This document shows positions 1 to 9,269 of a DNA stretch of 64,000 nt, in pieces. Under the pieces are notes generated by a model. That model made no database searches. It was not told where the DNA came from and was given only the letters and a program-made list of their open reading frames with translations. Where the stretch lies: the NCBI GenBank assembly GCA_965203275.1, contig OZ241865.1:320001-384000 (forward strand). The letters run 5' to 3'. Both the position numbers and the translations under genes were made by a program. Within the stretch, counting starts at the first letter, position 1. Every line of letters begins with the position of its first letter. The stretch comes from Bdellovibrionales bacterium (lineage in GTDB: Bacteria; Bdellovibrionota; Bdellovibrionia; Bdellovibrionales; JAUICD01).

Positions 1-10
1 TTTCAATAAG

Positions 11-388
11 TTAATACTGTGACTTTTGTATAAAAGTTACAGTATTAAGTGTTTGTAATTGTTAGACTTTTTTAGGTCGACTTTAGAAATTTCTAATTTT
101 TCGTCTAACACAATTCTTATCGTTTATTATGACATAAAACTTTATATTTTTGTTAAAAAAAATCAAAAAAAGTGACTTTTTGTATCAAAAAGAATCACTT
201 TTTAAAGTTTTTGTATCATCTTGAAACACTTGACCAATCTTAAAGACATAAGATCAGAAAAATAAACAATAAATTTTCATTTGTGTTTTCTGATTTTTGC
301 TTTGTTTGATTTTTCAAAACAATTTTCTTGCAAAAAGTTGCCTATTTTTTGCTCTTTCAAATTGTGACTTTTATACAAAAGTTACAGT
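11..388. promoter_or_regulatory. Candidate invertible promoter segment upstream of pilin (copy 1), bounded by inverted palindromic sites at 11-48 and 361-388
   Basis: Site L is ttaatactgtgactt-TTGTATAA-aagttacagtattaa. Site R is attgtgactt-TTATACAA-aagttacagt. The 8-bp spacers are reverse complements. Near-identical copy at 38003-38380. Confidence 0.6.
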
Positions 389-423
389 GCTAAGTCCTTG
401 AAATCACTAAGCTCATTTAGAAT

Positions 424-720
424 CACTAAAAGTGGTCTGACCTCTGGTCACTTTCTGGTTGCCAGCCGAAGGCTATTCGCCTTCTTAAATGCTGGCAACC
501 TCAAAAGTTCGTTTACTTTTAGTAGGGAGGATCCCTTCGTTTCTTTACACGATGTTAAGGAAACAAGATGTCCTTTGACATGATGTTAAGGAAAAAGTTC
601 CTTCTGATGCCGGACTGCCGGATCCCAGATCCCGGATAAATACGATGTTAAGGAAAAAGTTCCTTCTGATGCCGGACTGCCGGATCCCAGATCCCGGATA
701 AATACGATGTTAAGGAAATA
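424..720. repeat. Structured ~140-nt repeat (424-562) followed by a 62-bp tandem duplication containing GGATCCC-type heptamers
   Basis: Nested hairpins tgacc-tct-ggtca, ggttgccagc..gctggcaacc and gaaggc-tattc-gccttc. gatgttaagg recurs at 582, 644 and 706. Confidence 0.85.
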
Positions 721-739
721 AGGTGTTTAAAAGGATATT

Positions 740-1399
740 ATGGACAAATCAAATCAAAAAGGCTTTTCTCTTATAGAGTTAATGGTGGTAGTAGCTATCA
801 TTGGTCTTTTAAGTGTTGTAGCTATCCCTCAATATCAAAAGTATAAACTAAAGGCACGACAGGGAGAGGCCAAGCTTGCCTTATCCACTCTTTACACAAT
901 GGAACAGCTCTTTATCACTACTTATGGCTATGGCACTGCTAACTTTGCACAGCTAGGCTATAAACCCAAAGGTGTTTATTATTACTCATCAGGATGGCCC
1001 GTAAGGCGTCAAACTAGTACTCCATATAACGTCAATGCTAGAACTAGGGCTGCTATAAATGTACCAGTGACTTACACAGGCCCTCTGGCAACTTCAACTG
1101 GTAACTATGTAAACACCAGACATGCCTGCAATGGCCCATCATCAGATCAAGCTGCCAAAAACCAAGACCGTGGTTGTTTTCTTCATTGGAAAGGAACAGC
1201 CCTCCCATCAAATCGTACTCAAGTGTATGCAAATCAATTAGGTGAAAGTAATCCTAGAGAAAATGAAGTCGTCAATATAGGCTATAGAAATGTAAAATTT
1301 TTAATTGAAACAAGAAACACAGAGTTGGACGTTTGGCTTATAACAGAGAAAAAGAAAATGGTTAATTTTTCATGGTGTAGTATAATTTCGTGCAACTAG
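740..1399 (+). CDS. Type IVa pilin-like protein
   Basis: Prepilin motif KG|FSLIELMVVVAIIGLL..AIPQY and ARQGEAK helix; RBS aagga. Confidence 0.9.
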   Translation: MDKSNQKGFSLIELMVVVAIIGLLSVVAIPQYQKYKLKARQGEAKLALSTLYTMEQLFITTYGYGTANFAQLGYKPKGVYYYSSGWPVRRQTSTPYNVNARTRAAINVPVTYTGPLATSTGNYVNTRHACNGPSSDQAAKNQDRGCFLHWKGTALPSNRTQVYANQLGESNPRENEVVNIGYRNVKFLIETRNTELDVWLITEKKKMVNFSWCSIISCN

Positions 1400-1607
1400 G
1401 ATATAAACTTTTTAATCGTAAACCTTTTAACCTAGAAAATCATTGATTTCCTCTAAATTAAAAAGCTTACATCCTAGTGGCACAAAATCTCTTTCGACTC
1501 ATAACCTACTGCTCAACTTTATTTTTGCAGGCTATCAAACTCAGGTTTTAAATCCCGAAAATTTTTATAAAAAATTGATTCGTTTTTATAGCTATAGCTT
1601 CTCATCC

Positions 1608-3065
1608 TTAAGAAGATAAGTACATACTCTCTAATTGTTCAAGTTGAGTGGCTTGTTGAGGTGTGAGACGTCCATTCACATCTTTTATAATGTAAAGATA
1701 GTGTAGTCGGCATAAAGTCAAAGAGGTTTTATCATTAAAATCGCATTTCAAAGAAGGATCATTTCGAGATTCCTCCATAAGTCTTAATGTCAATTGAGCA
1801 CGTTGATCACCAGAAGTAGCCTCTCTTTCTAACACCAATTTTCTCAAATGAAACATTTGCTCCATAACTTCTAACGTAAAGATCTCTTCAGATATTTCCT
1901 GTGTAAACCAATCTTGTCTAAAATGTTCTAATGCCTTTTGAACAACATAATAATCTACTACATAAACATTGATATAAGTACAGAACTTACGTAACTCTTT
2001 GAAAACAGGATCACATCTGTAAAGACGCTCCGTATAACTCTCCCTAGACATATTATATGTAGACCCAGTCGTTGCAACATTTAAACTTTCAATTAATTCT
2101 TTGTATGCACTATATCTCGCACTCCAAAATTTTTGATTACCATCGATTTCTAGACCATTTTTTGTTAGCTCCTCTCCTTGCCTTCGAGCTGCTCTCTTCT
2201 CCTCAATCACCTGAAGATAAGGACTGTCTACAAATTTTAACTTGATAGCACTTAAACCAAGTATAGCTGTACTAGTTGCTACACCAGCACCTACTTCACG
2301 CCATCGAATACGTGAAAAACTATTACGTGCTTGAAGTATGCGATCCTGATTCCATAAAAGTTGCATACGCGTCTTTAAAGCTCGAACAACCTTGGTACTC
2401 ATAAGCCATCTGTAGGCTCTGGCATTTCTACTCCATCTAGCAAGCCAGGTCACACCATGCTTTAATAATTTAATACCTCTGAACACTACTCCCAAGCCTT
2501 TACCTATAGCAGCCTCTTGAGCAAAACGCCCACCGAGCGTAGCAAATATGTCATTGTTAGAAATATCTCTTTTAATATTTTCAAGTAGCTGATCCGCATT
2601 GACATTGTGGGCATCTGCACAGTCTATGATGGCATTCTCAAAGCCTTCTGTTTCTATTAAAGTCTTAACATATTTTGAACGACCATGCCACCACTCTTCA
2701 TGTTGACTGTTTTCATTGGTTGTTTGATCAGCAGTCAATAAGGCACTCCTAAAGGTTTTATTCCTTATGACAAGCCACTGCATCATTCCTGCTCGATATT
2801 TCTCATCATTGACAAAAGAATTATATACAAAACCATCAGCATCTATAAATAGAACTTGATCATCAGAATCTATAGTTGCCGTAGGATGATCAACCATTGG
2901 ATTTCTACCTTCTGCACGATAGTATGTATATGCATAACAAAGCTGGCGACCTGTATCATAAGAGGTGGCCTCTGTAAGAATGTCATTCATTGCAGTAGGA
3001 TCCAAAGCATTGGCTTTTAGATTCAAAGAAAACAAAATAACAAATACAAAAAATATAAATCTCAT
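1608..3065 (-). CDS. Hypothetical secreted protein
   Basis: 485-aa ORF with signal peptide (ANA|LD), RBS aggag and an upstream sigma54-type promoter; no recognisable family. Confidence 0.7.
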   Translation of the reverse strand: MRFIFFVFVILFSLNLKANALDPTAMNDILTEATSYDTGRQLCYAYTYYRAEGRNPMVDHPTATIDSDDQVLFIDADGFVYNSFVNDEKYRAGMMQWLVIRNKTFRSALLTADQTTNENSQHEEWWHGRSKYVKTLIETEGFENAIIDCADAHNVNADQLLENIKRDISNNDIFATLGGRFAQEAAIGKGLGVVFRGIKLLKHGVTWLARWSRNARAYRWLMSTKVVRALKTRMQLLWNQDRILQARNSFSRIRWREVGAGVATSTAILGLSAIKLKFVDSPYLQVIEEKRAARRQGEELTKNGLEIDGNQKFWSARYSAYKELIESLNVATTGSTYNMSRESYTERLYRCDPVFKELRKFCTYINVYVVDYYVVQKALEHFRQDWFTQEISEEIFTLEVMEQMFHLRKLVLEREATSGDQRAQLTLRLMEESRNDPSLKCDFNDKTSLTLCRLHYLYIIKDVNGRLTPQQATQLEQLESMYLSS

Positions 3066-3095
3066 TTCAAAATCTCCTTATATTAAATACAATAT

Positions 3096-3111
3096 TGCAA
3101 TTTCATTGCCA
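3096..3111 (-). promoter_or_regulatory. Sigma54 (-24/-12) promoter
   Basis: Minus strand TGGCAA-TGAAA-TTGCA with canonical GG/GC spacing, ~30 nt upstream of the 3065 start. Confidence 0.65.
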
Positions 3112-3269
3112 AGATAAAAAGAGCATCCTTAGTTATTTTAAGGGTTAAAAAGGAATAAAATCTAATATTCATTTTTACTCCTTTTATTTATAGAATCATT
3201 GCTTTCATCAATAAAGAAAGCCCCATGTCGAGAGCATCAAAATCAAAAATGCCCAATCAAAGACAATAA

Positions 3270-3470
3270 TTAATTATTGGTAATTAAAGAATGAATTTCT
3301 GTCATCATATACTTTAAACGCCCATTGAGATCTTCAAGCCGATCAATAGAGTTCCTTAATTCTGACAGTCCATCATTGTGAGTATAAAAAGAATTATTCC
3401 ACTGAATAGTCTTATGAGAAAAATGACTAGGTTTTTGTTCTTGCAATGCGTTATTGGTTTGTAAATTCAT
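3270..3470 (-). CDS. Small hypothetical coiled-coil protein
   Basis: 66 aa, RBS aagga, heptad C-terminus LSELRNSIDRLEDLNGRLKYMM. Confidence 0.5.
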   Translation of the reverse strand: MNLQTNNALQEQKPSHFSHKTIQWNNSFYTHNDGLSELRNSIDRLEDLNGRLKYMMTEIHSLITNN

Positions 3471-3602
3471 AAAAATTCCTTTATTTCGAGTTACAGTTAA
3501 AAATTAATTTCCTTACTATTTGTTCTACTTAAAACTTAAAAATGTTCCTTAAAAAGCATTTGTTATCTTATCCCTCATTTGAGATAAAATAAAGCTTATT
3601 TT

Positions 3603-4262
3603 TTATCTATTAAAGTATGCACCATACTCACACTGTATTGATTCAATATCTATACTGCCTATATTATTTCTCACTGTTTGTTGTGATAAATGTGTAAGCA
3701 TGACACTACGATGGTCTGTATTATGGTCAAGTCCTAAAACATGTCCTAATTCATGGATCATAAGACTCTCTAAATGAAGTGCTTTACTTCCATCCATACC
3801 ACTATAATCACTTTCAGATTCTGAGTCTATGTAAAATGAATAATCTTTAGCATTAATAAGAATATCAGCATCGTAAATTTGACTTCCTGCCCAATGGACT
3901 ATTGTCTTAGCCTGTTCACTAGATTTGCTCTCATTCCATTCATCTAACCAATAAATAACAGATCGGCTATCTGCCCTATGCCGGTCTGATCTGTCTTCTT
4001 GTTCTTGTATGTCAAAAAAATCAATACCTGTTTCATTTTCCCATGCTCTCTCTGCTGCATAAAAAGCTTCTCTATATTCGTATGGAATACTTTCGTTCAT
4101 CCATAATACAATAGGTAAATTACGACTCCATGAAACCCTCTGTTTTTGAGAGTTTCGCACGAAAAAACAACTGTGTTGTGGAGGAGGGGCACATGAAATT
4201 AAAAAAACCGCTGAAAATATAACTGAACTTAATGCAAAATGGTATAATGTACTTTTCTTCAT
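3603..4262 (-). CDS. Matrixin/metzincin zinc metalloprotease lipoprotein
   Basis: HELGHVLGLDH zinc motif, SVM Met-turn, lipobox LISC. Confidence 0.85.
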   Translation of the reverse strand: MKKSTLYHFALSSVIFSAVFLISCAPPPQHSCFFVRNSQKQRVSWSRNLPIVLWMNESIPYEYREAFYAAERAWENETGIDFFDIQEQEDRSDRHRADSRSVIYWLDEWNESKSSEQAKTIVHWAGSQIYDADILINAKDYSFYIDSESESDYSGMDGSKALHLESLMIHELGHVLGLDHNTDHRSVMLTHLSQQTVRNNIGSIDIESIQCEYGAYFNR

Positions 4263-4325
4263 TTTTCTTCCTATCTCTTATTTCCAAAACATTTATATTA
4301 TTTTTTATCCTTTATAAATAAGTAA

Positions 4326-4341
4326 GGCAAATAAAATGCCA
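4326..4341 (-). promoter_or_regulatory. Sigma54 (-24/-12) promoter
   Basis: Minus strand TGGCAT-TTTAT-TTGCC upstream of the matrixin gene. Confidence 0.55.
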
Positions 4342-4557
4342 AATGACAAAAAAGCTAAGTATCTAAAATAACTCATTTTTTAAAAAAGCCCCCTCACCAC
4401 ACATAAATAATAATAGTCACAGTGATAAGAAAATATCAGAAATTATAAACACAAAAGGATAAAAATATAATTATAAGCTATTAATATTATTTATATTTTT
4501 TGTATTGTTTATTTTTTTGACATAACATGGACCTATTATGTCTATACCAACGCAAAA

Positions 4558-5799
4558 TTATGTGTACTTATGAAAAGGGGCTTTTAAAAAAGAAGCTTCT
4601 TGGCAAACAGCCAGTTCCATCAAATGTGAGACTGTGCTGTAAACATTTTCTAATGGTAAGCCATATCTATTTATTTTCAGGTCACTCATACATAATCTTT
4701 TAAAAACAGCTCCTGGGGAATTAAGATTTTCTTTTTCTGATTTTTTTCTATGAGTCCTTAAAAAACCTCCTATAAATTCATTACCAATCATATAAATCAC
4801 AGGCTCTGCTACAAAACCTTCATCATCTCTTATAGATGAAGGAATGCCTTCTTGTATAATAAGCTCTGTGATCTTGCTTTGTCCCTTTCCTCGCTTCATT
4901 TTTTGACGCATTTTATTATTCCAATTTAAAATATCTTGACCAGATGTCACCTGAGTAACGGCCATACCATAAGTTCCAGAGTTATTTTTAATAAAAACAA
5001 AGGGTTTCCATTTGATTTGTCTTTTATTGTACTCTTTTTGAATATAACCGATCATTTGATCCACTTTATTGGTTAACTCTTTAATGGAACTTTGATCCTG
5101 CCATGCAAAATGATCAATAAGCTGTGTTTCTATTGTAAAAATCCAAGGATCAAGATCTATGAGGCGACAAAACTGGTTTGCTAATTGGTTGTAAAAAGAA
5201 AAATGATTATGTTTTTTTCTGTTTTGCCAACCTAGCTCTTGAGGAGGATTAATAGGATAGTTTTTATTTTGTAAAAGAGAATATATTTGAGTAAAGTCAT
5301 TATTACTGATCACCAAATCAGGAATTATACCATCTACCATAAGCTCACCTTTTGTACTACGTGAGATCTGAGAAAGTGTGATCGTCCTACCAGCAGCAGA
5401 AACTATATGTGAAAGAAAGGCATTTTCTACAGGGAAACTAACTTTGCATTCAAATCCAGCATTTTTAATAATTTCTAAAAGAGCAAACACATTATCCCAA
5501 TAAAATAAATTACTGGTATTTTCTTCAGTGATCAGTAAAATCTTTTTGCAAGTTGATCCGTAATGTTTATGAATATACGTCCTAAAAACTTCTGGTGCAT
5601 GTTCTTTGTCCACATCACATATATTATTAAACCCTGCAGGATAAATATTTGCATCTACAGGAGTGATTTTAAATCCAGCATCTCGAATATCTACACTGGT
5701 ATAAACAGGAAAACGACACGATAAACCTTTGCGTTTAAAAAATTTTACCGCTATGTCATGTTTTTCTATAAGTTTTAAATGAATGTGTGATCTATCCAT
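4558..5799 (-). CDS. gshA: Glutamate--cysteine ligase (ATP-grasp GshA family)
   Basis: Motifs PVYTSVDIRDAGFKITPVDANIYPAGFNN, KNNSGTYGMAV, IIQEG and ENLNSPGA. Confidence 0.85.
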   Translation of the reverse strand: MDRSHIHLKLIEKHDIAVKFFKRKGLSCRFPVYTSVDIRDAGFKITPVDANIYPAGFNNICDVDKEHAPEVFRTYIHKHYGSTCKKILLITEENTSNLFYWDNVFALLEIIKNAGFECKVSFPVENAFLSHIVSAAGRTITLSQISRSTKGELMVDGIIPDLVISNNDFTQIYSLLQNKNYPINPPQELGWQNRKKHNHFSFYNQLANQFCRLIDLDPWIFTIETQLIDHFAWQDQSSIKELTNKVDQMIGYIQKEYNKRQIKWKPFVFIKNNSGTYGMAVTQVTSGQDILNWNNKMRQKMKRGKGQSKITELIIQEGIPSSIRDDEGFVAEPVIYMIGNEFIGGFLRTHRKKSEKENLNSPGAVFKRLCMSDLKINRYGLPLENVYSTVSHLMELAVCQEASFLKAPFHKYT

Positions 5800-5924
5800 A
5801 AGACTTTATTTGTTTCCCTTACAATAAACCATGCCTTTAGGATTTTAGATAGTTAGCCTCATCGTACGCTATTAATTCAATGAAGATATTTTTTAGATGT
5901 TACCTCATATAGATAAGTCTATAT

Positions 5925-7127
5925 CTATATTTGAAGCAATAACTTACGTATATCTTGCATGCTCTCCTTAATTTTAACTAAAAAGCCCACAGCTTCTCTG
6001 CCATCAATGATACGATGATCGTATGAAAGTGCTAAATACATCATCTTCCGTATAGCGATTTGACCATCTATCACAGAAGGACGATCGCTAATAGCATGCA
6101 TGCCTAGGATTCCACTTTGTGGAGGGTTTAAAATAGGTGTTGACATCATTGATCCAAAAACACCTCCATTGGTGATTGTAAAAGTACCACCACTGAGGTC
6201 ATCCATAGAGACCTTTCCTTCTTTTGCATCCAAAGCAAACTTTTTAATTTGTAGTTCAATTTTTGCTAAAGACATCTGATCAGCATCTTTGAGAACAGGA
6301 ACAATAAGCCCACGAGGCGTACTGACAGCAACTCCTATATTGTAAAAATGATTATAAACCAAATGATCTTCCTTGATGAAACCATTGACGAGAGGGAATT
6401 CTTTCAAAGCTTCTATAGAGGCTTTGACAAAAAGACTCATTAAACCAAGCTTGACACCATGTTTTTTTGTAAACTCCTCTTGATATTTTGCTCTTACATT
6501 CATGGTATCTGTTAAATCTACTTCATTAAATGTTGTGAGAATAGCTGCTGTGTTTTGAACCTCCTTAAGACGGCGAGCTATTGTCTTACGGATAGTTGAA
6601 AGAGGTTTTATTTCTGTTTTTTGTGGAACTTGAGAAGTCGGTTGAGAAGATGGTTTGTCTTTGATTTTTTCTTCAGTTGTTGGTTGCAAAATATCTTGCT
6701 TGACTTGATCTGGCTGATTAAGCAGTAAATGTCGAAGAGATGGAGGAAGCTTTCTTAACATGTCTTCTGGAATTTCTGGCTGAGAACTTTTTTGTTGTGG
6801 TACTTCTGTCTTAATAGTTTGTGTCACTTGTGGCTTTGTTGGTTTTTTCAAGGTAGTCTGTGCTTTGTGTGTCTCTTGTTTCTGAGTTTTTGTGGATGGT
6901 TCAAGAAGACCTACCTGGCTACCTATAGGGATTGTACTACCTTCTGGTTTAAGAATTTTAAGAACACCAGAACTCTCTGCTGTGATCTCCACTGAAGCCT
7001 TATCTGTTTCTAGAACTAAAAGAACATCACCTGTACTTACAGAATCACCATTTTTTTTAGACCATTCGGCAATAGTGACTTCTAAGACAGATTCTCCTAC
7101 TGAAGGAATTTTAATTTCTTGACTCAT
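5925..7127 (-). CDS. sucB: 2-oxoglutarate dehydrogenase E2, dihydrolipoamide succinyltransferase
   Basis: Lipoyl motif [37 protein letters not shown], and [13 protein letters not shown]. Confidence 0.95.
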   Translation of the reverse strand: MSQEIKIPSVGESVLEVTIAEWSKKNGDSVSTGDVLLVLETDKASVEITAESSGVLKILKPEGSTIPIGSQVGLLEPSTKTQKQETHKAQTTLKKPTKPQVTQTIKTEVPQQKSSQPEIPEDMLRKLPPSLRHLLLNQPDQVKQDILQPTTEEKIKDKPSSQPTSQVPQKTEIKPLSTIRKTIARRLKEVQNTAAILTTFNEVDLTDTMNVRAKYQEEFTKKHGVKLGLMSLFVKASIEALKEFPLVNGFIKEDHLVYNHFYNIGVAVSTPRGLIVPVLKDADQMSLAKIELQIKKFALDAKEGKVSMDDLSGGTFTITNGGVFGSMMSTPILNPPQSGILGMHAISDRPSVIDGQIAIRKMMYLALSYDHRIIDGREAVGFLVKIKESMQDIRKLLLQI

Positions 7128-7293
7128 CTGTTGCTATTCCTTTCTTGTTGCTATCATTTTCATTTTGTCATGTTTATAAGCACACCATCCATTAATGTAT
7201 GAAAAACAAAATCTTTATCTACTTATATGGACCTCTTTTTAGAGATATATGCTACATTGACTTAAAAAAGACAACCTGTCAATTGATCCCACT

Positions 7294-8088
7294 TTATTTT
7301 ATATTGAGCTTTTCTTTCAGGCGAGAAGTTATTCCAATCAAACTCTTAAGATCTGTTATGGCTTTTTGCTGTTTGCAAGATAAACTCCATATTTGGCTCT
7401 GCCCTTTAAATTCTGTTTGAACAGTTCTTAAGGCTTTTTGAGCTCCTTCAATAGAATATTTATCTTTATATAAAAGCTTTTTAATCAGTAAGATGGTTCT
7501 AATATCTTTTTGAGTGTACATTCTGCGATTGTTGTGAGCTTTCTTAGGTTTCAAAGCCTCAAATTCAGACTCCCAATATCGCAAGACATAAGACTTTACT
7601 CCCGTAAGAAGAGCAACCTCTCCTATCTTAAATGCCATTCTGTGAGGTACTTTCTCTAACTCTTTGAAGATGGGAGCGTATTCTCCTTGAGAATTCTCTT
7701 GAGACGAGGAAGGTTCTGTGGTTTGACTTTGATTCTCTCTTTCAAATCCTTCAAAATCATCTGAAAAGTCAGGAGAACAAAGTTTATTATCTTCTAGCTT
7801 AAATGTTTTATTCTTTCTATCTGATTCATCCGAGATAGAATCATCAGTTAGAAAAGAAGCATCTGTAGGCAATGTAGTGGAAAGCTCAGAGTCATTTGAA
7901 ATTTTTTTGGGCATATTAGAAATATCCACATCAACATGAGAGTTAGAATCAAGGTCATCTTGAAGTTCAATCTGTGAGGATGGAGTGATAGCTGATTGTA
8001 TAGAATCTTGAAAAATCACCTTATTGAGATGATCATGATCGCTATCTCTTAATTCATTTTGTATTGCTTGATCCATGCAATGCTCCAT
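7294..8088 (-). CDS. MerR-family transcriptional regulator with long acidic N-terminal extension
   Basis: FKIGEVA..GVKSYVLRYWESEF..RRMY MerR HTH; lies in the usual position downstream of ihfA. Confidence 0.85.
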   Translation of the reverse strand: MEHCMDQAIQNELRDSDHDHLNKVIFQDSIQSAITPSSQIELQDDLDSNSHVDVDISNMPKKISNDSELSTTLPTDASFLTDDSISDESDRKNKTFKLEDNKLCSPDFSDDFEGFERENQSQTTEPSSSQENSQGEYAPIFKELEKVPHRMAFKIGEVALLTGVKSYVLRYWESEFEALKPKKAHNNRRMYTQKDIRTILLIKKLLYKDKYSIEGAQKALRTVQTEFKGQSQIWSLSCKQQKAITDLKSLIGITSRLKEKLNIK

Positions 8089-8114
8089 TTGCTACCACAA
8101 CACAATAAAAATAT

Positions 8115-8426
8115 TTATTTATCATTAAGAGCATCTTTAATCAAATGGCTTGGCTTAAAAGAAAGAACTTTTCTTTTACTAATTTTAATGCGATCACCTG
8201 TTTGAGGGTTTCGTCCCATTCTTTCTTTTTTTTCCCGTACTGTAAATCGACCAAAACCTGAAATTTTTACAACTCCGTCTTTATGTTTTAAAGTCTCTTT
8301 AATAGTGTCAAAAACCATTTCAACTAAATCATAGCTTTCTTTTTTAGAAAAACCTAACTGAGCATATACCCCCTCCACAAGTTGGGCTTTTGTTATAGCA
8401 GATTGTTGTTTATGATTTGAAGTCAT
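8115..8426 (-). CDS. ihfA: Integration host factor alpha
   Basis: TKAQLVE, VKISGFGRFTVREKKERMGRNPQTG, RKVLSFKPS; ihfA-merR synteny. Confidence 0.9.
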   Translation of the reverse strand: MTSNHKQQSAITKAQLVEGVYAQLGFSKKESYDLVEMVFDTIKETLKHKDGVVKISGFGRFTVREKKERMGRNPQTGDRIKISKRKVLSFKPSHLIKDALNDK

Positions 8427-8434
8427 TGTATTCT

Positions 8435-8502
8435 CCTTTTTAATAATTTAACCTTTTTAATAATTTAACCTTTTTAATAATTTAACCTTTTTAATAATTT
8501 AA
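8435..8502. repeat. 17-bp tandem repeat x4 (cctttttaataatttaa) abutting the ihfA RBS
   Basis: Four exact units read directly. Confidence 0.9.
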
Positions 8503-8808
8503 AAGATGCATTAAAAGATGCAAAACAGTTAAAGGACGCCATTTCAAAGTTATAATGACCCCCTCCCCTAAGTTATTTATTTGTCTCATTGTTTATTAAT
8601 AGCTGATCACACACTTTGTAAGTTATAACCTAACTTAATTTATATTTATATGCAAGTCATTTTAACTAAAATAAAAATCAAAATTTATTTATTGACAAAT
8701 ATAAGGTTAAATTATAGCTATAAATTATGTTATAATCTATCAAAACTATTAAAAAATAAAAAGAAATAATTATATTCACCACTGAATGTTCATTAAAGGG
8801 AGCAAAAT

Positions 8809-9138
8809 ATGGCAAATATCAAATCAGCTAAAAAAAGAGCTAGACAAAATATTGTCAGAAGAGCCAGGAACAAAAGCACTCTTCGATCTGTACGAACAGC
8901 AGAGAAAAAGCTTCTAAAAACCTTGCCATCACCAGGGGGCCATTTGCAAAAAGAATCTTCTCAATCAAGTGACACTTCTTCTCACCCTATAACAGAAATC
9001 AAAAAGCTCTTAAGGATATATACAAGCAAAATAAGTAAAGCTACTCAAAAAGGCATGATTAAAAATAAAACAGCCTCTCGTAAAATCAGTCGTCTATCTC
9101 AACGTCTTCATAACGTCTTTAGGCACACGCACTCATAA
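8809..9138 (+). CDS. rpsT: 30S ribosomal protein S20
   Basis: MANIKSAKKRARQ...KG.IKNKTASRKISRL, with an internal Ser-rich insertion. Confidence 0.95.
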   Translation: MANIKSAKKRARQNIVRRARNKSTLRSVRTAEKKLLKTLPSPGGHLQKESSQSSDTSSHPITEIKKLLRIYTSKISKATQKGMIKNKTASRKISRLSQRLHNVFRHTHS

Positions 9139-9269
9139 AACAAAAGTACACTTTTGCAATCTGCATCTTTAAAGTCTAAAAATAAGCTTTTCTCTCTCAT
9201 CTACAAAAAGAAGAAGTCATTAGTTATCAGAAAATTAAAAGAAAATAATGTGATCCCAAGTGACAATCT

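Noticed and set aside
329..353. Sigma54 promoter inside the switch segment
   Set aside because: The minus-strand GG/GC spacing is one base short, and the plus-strand version has TG instead of the invariant GG. Not called, but it leaves the ON/OFF direction uncertain.
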